Below are positions 29,676 through 39,400 of a DNA stretch of 64,000 nt, piece after piece (positions within the stretch are counted from its first letter, which is position 1; each line of letters starts with the position of its first letter). Under the pieces are notes generated by a model. It had not been told where the DNA came from. It searched no databases and saw only the letters and a list, made by a program, of their open reading frames with translations. A program made the translations under genes and the position numbers. This stretch comes from Sneathiella sp. (GTDB lineage: Bacteria; Pseudomonadota; Alphaproteobacteria; Sneathiellales; Sneathiellaceae). The stretch is from positions 943,230 through 1,007,229 of the forward strand of contig JAXMOU010000002.1 in assembly GCA_034669685.1 (NCBI GenBank), written 5' to 3'.

Positions 29676-30026
29676 TTATTCATTTTCTTTGAAGACATGG
29701 AGTTTGAGATCCAGCTTATTGCCAAGCCAAAGTGCATTCTTGGTATGATCTTCCAAATCATTTCCGGTTTCAGGGTGAACCAGAACGTCGAGGCCCTGTC
29801 TATTGAGCATGAGCCAAGGGACAAGCTTGTTAAACTCAGAGGTTAAAAAGGCAACTTGATACATACTGTCGCTATGAGGGCCGACTTCATTGTCATGCCA
29901 GCGGCCTAATTTGACAGAAAATTTCTGTGCGATTTCCTGACGTAGCTCAGCAGCTATTTCCTTGGTTGAGGCGTTATAATACACATGTGCATGATAGCCT
30001 GAAATTATTGAAATTGGTTTGCTCAC
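29676..30026 (-). CDS. DOPA 4,5-dioxygenase family protein
   Basis: YHAHVYY, GPHSDSMYQVAF, WLMLNRQGLDVLVHPETG, DHTKNALWLG; GTG 30026 has an AGGA RBS (ORF track extends to 30077). Confidence 0.88.
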   Translation of the reverse strand: MSKPISIISGYHAHVYYNASTKEIAAELRQEIAQKFSVKLGRWHDNEVGPHSDSMYQVAFLTSEFNKLVPWLMLNRQGLDVLVHPETGNDLEDHTKNALWLGNKLDLKLHVFKENE

Positions 30027-30428
30027 ATTAAAAATCCTATTCCTAAGCCCAAGGCGATGCACTGGTTTCTCAAACATATTGTCTATTGAAAAGCAATCAA
30101 GCCTATTCTGACTTCGAAAAACCTGCTGATGAAGAATGCTTAAGTGATTCTGTTAGGTGAAATATACTGTCGCCACTCTTCTGAAAAGTTTGCTTTTATC
30201 ACCGAAAAATCGCCGAAATACTCATAAATGTGCGTATTAAGTATTATTATATTATATTTTTTCAAATTTACTGCGATGCCTGCAAATTTGAGTTGACATG
30301 TAGCTGCTATATTCAAGAAACTGAATTTAATAAAATTTTAATAAAAAGATTTGGTGGAGCAATCTAGCAAACGAATAGAGAGGCGGAGTTCGCCTCTTTC
30401 CATATATCAATGGCAAGGGAATGTTAAA

Positions 30429-31130
30429 ATGAAAACAATTTTGAAAAAAGGGATGGCTGTCGCATCAAGTGCCGCAATTGTGGCGCTGATGTCTGGGGCT
30501 ATGGCGCAAGCGGCTATTACGGGTGTTTCCGGTGGCAGTTTATCTATCGGTGGGGCTGCGAGTTCTTCCACAACGGGTGCAATAATTTCCAATCCACCAT
30601 TTGTGGTTGATGACAATGTTGAAAACAGCTTGCAGCAAGGCTTCAACGAAGCGCAAGGAGTTGTGCTGGGGGCTGATTTGGATGTTGACGCGGCCACTGA
30701 TATTGCGGCTGGCACTAGAGTCGATAGTCATATGATCTTTTTGAATAGTGACCGTAACCTTGATATTAAACATTACAACGTGATGTGGACATTCAGTGGC
30801 ACTATTTTAGGGGTGATGTCAGATATTAACGGTAATTTGGAAGCAGCTTCTTCGGGTTTTCTTGGAGCCGCCGGTACAACTTATGACAATGGCAATGCTT
30901 CGCAGTCGGCGCCTTTCAACAACAGAGGCTTGGAAGGTGGTGGTGATGGTTATTCGATAGCTGGAAATATTCTGACACTAAGTATGCATGTTACAGAGCC
31001 TGGCGATTGGATCCGGGTTGTTACGGTAAGTGCTGTGCCGCTTCCAGCCGCTCTACCTCTATACGGCGCCGGAGTTGCTGTGCTTGGCTTCTTCGGATGG
31101 CGCAGGAAGAAAAAAGCGGCTTCAATATGA
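30429..31130 (+). CDS. VPLPA-CTERM sorting-domain protein
   Basis: Sec signal peptide (MKTILKK...AMAQA); C-terminus AVPLPAALPLYGAGVAVLGFFGWRRKKKAA = VPLPA + TM + basic cluster. Confidence 0.92.
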   Translation: MKTILKKGMAVASSAAIVALMSGAMAQAAITGVSGGSLSIGGAASSSTTGAIISNPPFVVDDNVENSLQQGFNEAQGVVLGADLDVDAATDIAAGTRVDSHMIFLNSDRNLDIKHYNVMWTFSGTILGVMSDINGNLEAASSGFLGAAGTTYDNGNASQSAPFNNRGLEGGGDGYSIAGNILTLSMHVTEPGDWIRVVTVSAVPLPAALPLYGAGVAVLGFFGWRRKKKAASI

Positions 31131-31152
31131 TAGGGGTTTAAACTGAACCTAG

Positions 31153-31183
31153 AAAATGGCGGCTTAAACAGCCGCCATTTTTG
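31153..31183 (+). terminator. Intrinsic terminator
   Basis: AAAATGGCGGCT-taaac-AGCCGCCATTTT, perfect 12-bp stem ending in a T tract. Confidence 0.85.
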
Positions 31184-31248
31184 TGTCCTTGCCAATTTTT
31201 AAATCAAAGGGCAATCTATCGTTTGCTTTTAAGAACAAGGAAAAAATA

Positions 31249-32109
31249 ATGGCATACGAACAAATCCTGTATGAAGTTGACGAAAACATTCTGACAATTA
31301 CGCTAAATCGTCCAGACCGCTTGAACGCTTTTACGCAAGTTATGCGCGACGAGTTGATTGATGCGTTTGATCAGGCGGACGAAGATGATAACGTTCGGGC
31401 AATCATTGTGACGGGAGCAGGGCGTGCTTTTTGTGCGGGCGCGGATCTTGGTGAAGGGAAAAACACCTTTAATTACGAAGCGCGTGGTCTTGCTAAAAAA
31501 GATGTGGTGCACAGGGACGGCGGAGGACGGGTCACACTTCGCATGTTCCAGTCTAAAAAGCCGATCATTGGTGCCATAAATGGCCCGGCCGTAGGAATTG
31601 GGATCACCATGACCTTGCCGATGGATGTGCGTCTTGCGGCAGATAATGCAAAAATGGGGTTTGTGTTCTCCAAACGGGGAATTGTGCCGGAAGCTTGTAG
31701 CAGCTGGTTCTTACCGCGTTTGGTTGGCATATCGCAGGCGACTGAATGGGTTTATTCTGGACGTGTTTTTCCAGCGAGTGAGGCATTAAGTGGCGGGTTG
31801 GTGAAATCCGTTCATGCGCCTGATGAGCTAATGGCCGCGGCACGAGCGCTGGCAAAAGAATTCTGTGATCAAACTTCGGCCGTGTCAATTGCCCTGAGCC
31901 GCCAAATGATGTGGCGCATGCTGGGGGCCTCTCATCCAATGGAAGCACATAAGGTGGATAGCCGGGGCATTTTTCATATGGGGCAAAGCGCCGATGTTGC
32001 AGAGGGTGTGAGTTCCTTTTTGGAAAAGCGGCCCGCAAATTTCACAATGAGTGCATCCAAGGAAATGCCACCTTATTACCCTTGGTGGGAAGAGCCTGAA
32101 TTTAAGTGA
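31249..32109 (+). CDS. Enoyl-CoA hydratase/isomerase (crotonase) family
   Basis: ITLNRPDRLNAF, GRAFCAGADL, AINGPAVGIG, GIVPEACSSWFLPRLVG, EGVSSFLEKR. Confidence 0.92.
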   Translation: MAYEQILYEVDENILTITLNRPDRLNAFTQVMRDELIDAFDQADEDDNVRAIIVTGAGRAFCAGADLGEGKNTFNYEARGLAKKDVVHRDGGGRVTLRMFQSKKPIIGAINGPAVGIGITMTLPMDVRLAADNAKMGFVFSKRGIVPEACSSWFLPRLVGISQATEWVYSGRVFPASEALSGGLVKSVHAPDELMAAARALAKEFCDQTSAVSIALSRQMMWRMLGASHPMEAHKVDSRGIFHMGQSADVAEGVSSFLEKRPANFTMSASKEMPPYYPWWEEPEFK

Positions 32110-32139
32110 AAAAAAGGGGAGCTGATGCTCCCCTTTTTT
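32109..32139. terminator. Bidirectional intrinsic terminator
   Basis: AAAAAAGGGGAGC-tgat-GCTCCCCTTTTTT between convergent stops at 32109 and 32142. Confidence 0.88.
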
Positions 32140-32141
32140 GT

Positions 32142-32777
32142 TTAGGTTTTTTTGCGTTGTTTGCTGATCCAGCCAAGACCAAACAATGCGCCGCCGAAAA
32201 GGAGGAGTGCAGGTGGCAAGGGAACCACAGAAATTCGAATGGCCATGTCATCAAAGTCATGATCGCCCGCGCCGTCTCCGAAAAGGGCGATTACTGAATT
32301 ATTTGTAATAGAGGAGAACGCCATTGCAAGCGGGTTGGTGATGTTTCCATTTTCTGCATCCGCAGGAGTTCCCCCGCCAGAGGTAGAGAATTTGAATGGT
32401 AGCAAACCATTTGCATCCGGGGAGAGTGTAACGGTTACGCTGGTTCCAACTGGTGTCACGCTTGTGTCAAACAGGATGCCAAAACCCTGAAGTTCAATGG
32501 CCCTATTTGTATAGCCGGCTTCTTTTCCGAGATATTCAAAACGAACCTGCGTTGTTCCGGATAAGGCTAATCCTTCATTGTTTGAATTACTGCTATTAAA
32601 AACTGTCACAGAATCGCCTGTCGAGAGTCCTGTAAGTGCCAAGGGTGCTTCGCTGAAGTTTGCTGGAAGTAAAACACCGTTTGTACCACCTACAAGTGAG
32701 AGTGAAGCTGCCATGGACGAGGCTGCCGTAAAAATGACGAAAACAGCTGAAAGAATCGATAAGGTTAGTTTGTTCAT
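32142..32777 (-). CDS. VPLPA-CTERM (VPLPP variant) sorting-domain protein with a DUF4114-like acidic motif
   Basis: Signal peptide (MNKLTLSILS...SSMA); GDGAGDHDFDDMAIRISV then VPLPPALLLFGGALFGLGWISKQRKKT. Confidence 0.88.
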   Translation of the reverse strand: MNKLTLSILSAVFVIFTAASSMAASLSLVGGTNGVLLPANFSEAPLALTGLSTGDSVTVFNSSNSNNEGLALSGTTQVRFEYLGKEAGYTNRAIELQGFGILFDTSVTPVGTSVTVTLSPDANGLLPFKFSTSGGGTPADAENGNITNPLAMAFSSITNNSVIALFGDGAGDHDFDDMAIRISVVPLPPALLLFGGALFGLGWISKQRKKT

Positions 32778-33410
32778 TTTATCCTCATTTTGCGTAAAGC
32801 AGTTAACTTTTTGGGATTGCCTAGCATCTCAAATGGTGATCGTTTCCTTTTTTAGTAAAAGTTTATGTAAAAAGCATCGTTCGTTTGGGGTATGGAATGT
32901 TCGAATTTGAAATTAATTATGGTTAATTTGTAATGAAAATATTGGTGAGGGTAATGTAATGCTATTCATTGTGCCGGTTTGAGACGTTCTTTTGAAGCCG
33001 TATTGCTGAAATCAAAAATTCGATGGAAAATCCAAATTTCAGTAAAACAGTTGGTATGTCGTTGGTAATCAGTTAATTGAAAATTATTTAAATAATAATA
33101 AAATAAAAATACTTATTTTATATTTTAATTATAGTAATTATTTTAAAAAAAATGTCTTTTTATACTAATTTATACTTGTGTATTGATGTATTTATTTAAT
33201 TTTTATTTAAATAAATTTCCAAAAAATTCAATATTCCTGTAAGCGTAAAATTTTATTCATATTTTTTGCTCTTAATTGATCAAAATTATCCTTCTTTATT
33301 GGGTGTGGTAACTTTTTAAAAAGGTTTTTTCGGTAAATTTCTAACCAGATTGATCGAGTGTCTTGCGCCGCGATCGCTATCTTTACCGAGTATTCAGGAG
33401 AGACCCTAGA

Positions 33411-36400
33411 ATGAGCACTGTTACTTCTCAGGCAGAACTAGACTTACTATCCCAAGCCGCATCAGAGTTTGGAGATGGTGTTGTTAATTTGGGTCGGGAT
33501 CCTTCCATGTTTGGCATGGAGAGTTTTACGCTAAGCGCGACTTTTGAGCTGAATAGTTTGGATGGAGGACGACAGCGGGTACTCTGGAATCATACTCAAT
33601 ATGGTATAGAAGTATACGGTGATGATTTGCGGATCGCTTTGAGAGCTTCTGATGGATCACTCGATTATTACAAAGTGCCAAATATAATTAATAATACTGG
33701 CTGGCACGATGTGCAAGTTACTTATGATGCCAGTAGTGGCGGTCTAGCGATATGGTTGGATGGCGAGAATATTTTCTCCAAAGATGAAATTGATGTGGAT
33801 CTAGGAGAGCCGCGCTATTGGGATGTGACTGCAGGGGGAACTGCTTGGGGGGATCAGCTTGATGGTCAAGTTGCGGATGTTTCATTCCACGATGAAGTCT
33901 TGGATATTGACGGGTCTCAGTCAACATATGATCGTATGTACTCACTCGATGATGGATCTCTGCCAGAGAAGATAAGCGATCAAATTGAAGACGACGAACT
34001 TGATGTTGAAATCCCTCGAGAACAGACTGAGACAGAGTTGCTGGAGTCAGCCGCATCAGAGTTTGGAGATGGTGTTGTTAATTTGGGTCGGGATCCTTCC
34101 ATGTTTGGCATGGAGAGTTTTACGCTAAGCGCGACTTTTGAGCTGAATAGTTTGGATGGAGGACGACAGCGGGTACTCTGGAATCATACTCAATATGGTA
34201 TAGAAGTATACGGTGATGATTTGCGGATCGCTTTGAGAGCTTCTGATGGATCACTCGATTATTACAAAGTGCCAAATATAATTAATAATACTGGCTGGCA
34301 CGATGTGCAAGTTACTTATGATGCCAGTAGTGGCGGTCTAGCGATATGGTTGGATGGCGAGAATATTTTCTCCAAAGATGAAATTGATGTGGATCTAGGA
34401 GAGCCGCGCTATTGGGATGTGACTGCAGGGGGAACTGCTTGGGGGGATCAGCTTGATGGTCAAGTTGCGGATGTTTCATTCCACGATGAAGTCTTGGATA
34501 TTGACGGGTCTCAGTCAACATATGATCGTATGTACTCACTCGATGATGGATCTCTGCCATCCAAACCAAATGAGGAGGATGGCCCTCTAGAAAATACGGA
34601 AGCTACTATTAGCGGCGTTGATACAGGCGCGGTTGAAGAAGACGGTGTTCTGACGGCAAAGGGTAAGTTGACAGCCGATGATGTGGATGCGGGCGAGAGT
34701 GGCTTTGTCGCCGGAACAGTTGCTGGAACATACGGGTCCTTGTCCATTGATGCTGCCGGGAATTGGGCTTATACGGCCGCCGATAGCGCGGCGCTTCAGG
34801 CGCTGGGCGCTGGGGACACTGTCGTTGATAAAATGACGGTCACGACACCTGATGGGACTACGCATACAATCGCAGTGACCCTTGAAGGATCTAATGACGC
34901 GCCGGTTATTAGTGGTGTCGATACGGGTTCAGTTGCTGAAGATGGCCCGTTGCAAACCGTTGGTAAATTGACAGCTGATGATGCTGATGCCGGTGAAAGT
35001 GGTTTTGTTGCGGGTATTGTGCAAGGTAAATATGGCGTCCTAACAATCGATGCTGCCGGGAATTGGGCGTATAATGCGTCTGGAAATGATGCGCTTCAGG
35101 CTCTTGGTGAAGGTGATGTTGTTACAGAAAAATTAACAGTGACGACAGTTGATGGGACGCCCCAGGTTATCACGGTTTCTGTATCGGGCACAGATGACAC
35201 TGTTGTTATTAGCGGCGTTGATACAGGCACAGTTGAAGAAGATGGTGTTCTGACAGCAAAGGGTAAGCTGACAGCTGATGACGTGGATGCGGGTGAGAGT
35301 GGCTTTGTCGCTGGAAAAGTTGCCGGAACATACGGATCTTTGTCCATTGATGCTGCCGGGAATTGGGCGTACACAGCGGCCGATAGCGCTGCGCTTCAGG
35401 CACTGGGCGCTGGGGATACTGTCGTTGATAAGATGACGGTGACGACGCCAGATGGCACAACGCATACCATTGCGGTGACGCTTGAAGGATCAAATGATGC
35501 ACCCGTTATTAGCGGCGTTGATACGGGCACGGTTGAAGAAGACGGTGTTCTGACGGCAAAGGGTAAGTTGACAGCCGATGATGTGGATGCGGGCGAGAGT
35601 GGCTTTGTCGCCGGAACAGTTGCTGGAACATACGGGTCCTTGTCCATTGATGCTGCCGGGAATTGGGCTTATACGGCCGCCGATAGCGCGGCGCTTCAGG
35701 CGCTGGGCGCTGGGGACACTGTCGTTGATAAAATGACGGTCACGACACCTGATGGGACTACGCATACAATCGCAGTGACCCTTGAAGGATCTAATGACGC
35801 GCCGGTTATTAGTGGTGTCGATACGGGTTCAGTTGCTGAAGATGGCCCGTTGCAAACCGTTGGTAAATTGACAGCTGATGATGCTGATGCCGGTGAAAGT
35901 GGTTTTGTTGCGGGTATTGTGCAAGGTAAATATGGCGTCCTAACAATCGATGCTGCCGGGAATTGGGCGTATAATGCGTCTGGAAATGATGCGCTTCAGG
36001 CTCTTGGTGAAGGTGATGTTGTTACAGAAAAATTAACAGTGACGACAGTTGATGGGACGCCCCAGGTTATCACGGTTTCTGTATCGGGCACAGATGACAC
36101 TGTTGTTATTAGCGGCGTTGATACAGGCACAGTTGAAGAAGATGGTGTTCTGACAGCAAAGGGTAAGCTGACAGCTGATGACGTGGATGCGGGTGAGAGT
36201 GGCTTTGTCGCTGGAAAAGTTGCCGGAACATACGGATCTTTGTCCATTGATGCTGCCGGGAATTGGGCGTACACAGCGGCCGATAGCGCTGCGCTTCAGG
36301 CACTGGGCGCTGGGGATACTGTCGTTGATAAGATGACGGTGACGACGCCAGATGGCACAACGCATACCATTGCGGTGACGCTTGAAGGATCAAATGACGC

Positions 36401-39400
36401 GCCCGTTATTAGCGGTGTTGATACAGGCACGGTTGAAGAAGATGGTGTTCTGACAGCAACGGGTAAGCTGACAGCTGATGACGTGGATGCGAGCGAAAGT
36501 GGCTTTGTCGCTGGAAAAGTTGCCGGAACATACGGATCTTTGTCCATTGATGCTGCCGGGAATTGGGCGTACACGGCGGCCGATAGCGCAGCGCTTCAGG
36601 CGCTGGGCGAGGGTGATACTATCGTTGATAAGATGATTGTTACTACATTGGATGGTACAACGCATTCTGTGGATATTGCCGTAAATGGAAAAGCGGATCC
36701 AGAGGTTGATTTGCCTAAGCAATCAGAACTTTTGTCTGCTATAGCTAGTGATTTTGGGGACGGAGTTGTAAATCTCGGGCGTGACGATGCTTTGTTTGAT
36801 ATGGATGAGTTTACAATTAGTACTACTTTTGAACTGAACTCTTTGGATGGGGGGCGGCAAAGAGTGCTCTGGAACCATACTCAGTATGGTATCGAAGTAA
36901 ATGATGACGACTTGATTGTCGGACTGAGGACAAGTGACGGACAGATGGAATATGTTCGAATTCCGGACGCATTTAGTGCGGCAGGATGGCACGATGTACA
37001 AGTCGTGTATGACGAAAACTCGACCTTAAATTTATATGTTGATGGCGCGCAGGTTTATTCTGATATGAATGTCGACGTTAGTCTTTCAGGGTCATCCTAT
37101 TGGGATGTCATCGCAGGCGGGTCTCCTTGGGGAGACGAATTAGATGGCCGCGTTGCTGATGTCTCGATTGTTGGTAATAGTAGCGAAATTTCTCAATCAG
37201 ATTCTATTTACGAAAGAATGTATGAGCTTGATAGTGAAGACTTGCTTCATATTACTCAAGCAAAAGTTGAAGAGAGTTTTGATGATGTAACTAATTATAA
37301 TCTTGAAAGTTCTTATGTCCCACCGGCTGCGGATGTTGGAGATGTTGTAACGGTTTCAAATGCGGAAGAACTTAGTGCGGTACTCTCAAGCGGTGTTTCT
37401 GGAATTACAATAAAATTAGAGGCCGGAGACTATGTGGGAATTGATATTTCAAATATTAATCCCGATCTAGAAATAGTCATCACCTCCGCTGATTTGAACA
37501 ATCAAGCTAGATTGAGCGATTTACATATTGATGGAAGTTCAAATCTAACTTTTGACGCAATCGATTTTGTTGCAAACAGTGCATCAGAGGTGGGGTATTT
37601 TATTGTTGATGTTGATGACAGTTCAAATATAAGTTTTAAAAATAGCTTGTTTGGGATGGGCACGGAGGATTTAAGGGATAGCGGCAAAATAGGTATTTCT
37701 GTCGCAGACTCAAATAACATTAGTATCTCAGAAAATGAGTTTACGTGGCTGACCCGTGGAGCTGGTTTCGATAATGTTGATGGACTTGAAGTTAATAAGA
37801 ATTACATTCATAATCTTCGAAGTGATGGGTTCAATTTTGTTGCCGTAAAAAATACCAATATTATAAACAATGAATTCTATGACATGCACCCATCTGAAGG
37901 TGATCATCCGGATTATATACAGTTTTGGACAACCGGAGCCCCAACCGGGTCATCTAACGTGTTGATTTCGGGAAATTTTATGGCTCAAAGTGGGGGGGGG
38001 GACTCTCAAGGGATTTTTATTAAAGATGAAGATAATGTTGGTCATAGCAATTTCATAATTGAAAACAACATCATTTATCAGTCTGCATACAATGGGATCG
38101 CTGTTAGTGGCATTGATGGATTGGTTCTTAGAGAGAATACAGTTGTTTCCACTGCGGAACTTGAAGAGAAATTGTGGATTATTGTATATGATGCAGAAAA
38201 CGCCGTAGTTGAGAGGAATCTTACTAATAAATTGTTGCTAGATGAAAATATTCCGTCGTTGAATAATATAATAGTGAGTATGGATGAGGAGAACTATAGC
38301 GTATGGTTCAGGGCACCGCTCAATGCAGCAACAAATGAAATTTCAGATTTTCAAATTTTACAAGAGTTCGAAGCGGGTGCAAATGTTGATAGATTGTTGT
38401 CTCAAGGAGATAGTTACGTTGGCGACAGTGCTGATAACGAACTCAAAGGCGACGAATATAACAACTTGATCAAAGGGTATTCGGGCGCGGATAGCCTCTT
38501 CGGTGGGGATGGTGACGACATTCTTTATGGTGGCTGGGGCCAAGATGTACTCGAAGGCGGCTCTGGAGATGACGTGTTTGTCTTTTTCAATGCTTTCGAT
38601 AGCGCAGGCGGTATTGGGCAGCGTGATAAGATATTGGATTTTGAGTTGGGAGATAAGATCTCATTGCAGGGCTTGGTCGATGGAGATTTATCATTTATCG
38701 GAAACGCGGATTTCTTTCTGCCATCAATGACTACAACTGATGAAGAAGAATTTTTAGCTAGAGCGGCTATAGAATTTGGGGAAGGTGTAACTAGTCTGGG
38801 GAAAGATGGTGCACTTTTTGAATTGGCAGATTTTACAATTAGCGTGACATTTGACTTGAATTCGTTAAGTGGTGGGAAACAAGCGCTTCTTTATAGTCAT
38901 ACTCAGTACGCAATTTACGTTGTGGATGATAGCTTATCGTTTGAATTTAACGGGATTAACGGAGACGTCGTTAAGGCGCAAGTTCCTGGGGTGTTTAATG
39001 AAACTGGGTGGCAGGATATTCAACTGATCCATGATACAAACAGTAATGAGATGTCTTTGTATTCGGGTGGAAAGTTAGTTTATTCACAAACAACACCCGA
39101 AGGTTTTGAAACGGCACCAAAAGCTTACTGGGATGTAACGGCTGGAGGCACACCTTGGGGGTATGCATTGGATGGTCGAGTGGCGGATGTTAGCTTTTTA
39201 GATCAAGTGTTGGAAATAGATGTAAATGAAAGTATTGTTCAAAGATCTATGTCTATTGATTATTTGGATGATTTGTTTGATTTAGGTTTAGAGACAGGTA
39301 ACGCTCAAGTAAGTTTTAATGAAGAGACTAATTTATTGTCAATTGATTTGGATGGTGATTTGTCAACTGATATGGAAATAGAATTGGTTGGTGTAAACTT

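Noticed and set aside
30351-30428. c-di-GMP-I riboswitch in the VPLPA gene leader
   Set aside because: GCAAAC is present, but the GAAA tetraloop stem and receptor helix are not.
32911-32926. CtrA box (TTAA-N6-TTAA with a TTAACCAT half-site); similar N6 pattern near 46997-47010
   Set aside because: Spacing is 6, not the required 7, and such words are expected by chance in very AT-rich DNA.
34608-36700. Regular repeats as a CRISPR array or mobile element
   Set aside because: Units are 300 bp, contiguous, in-frame and protein-coding, with no unique spacers, cas genes or terminal inverted repeats.
33718-36722. Repeated antisense ORFs in the track (e.g. MDKDPYVPAT..., MRCAIWRRH...)
   Set aside because: They are shadow frames of the repetitive RTX gene and recur only because the sense DNA repeats.
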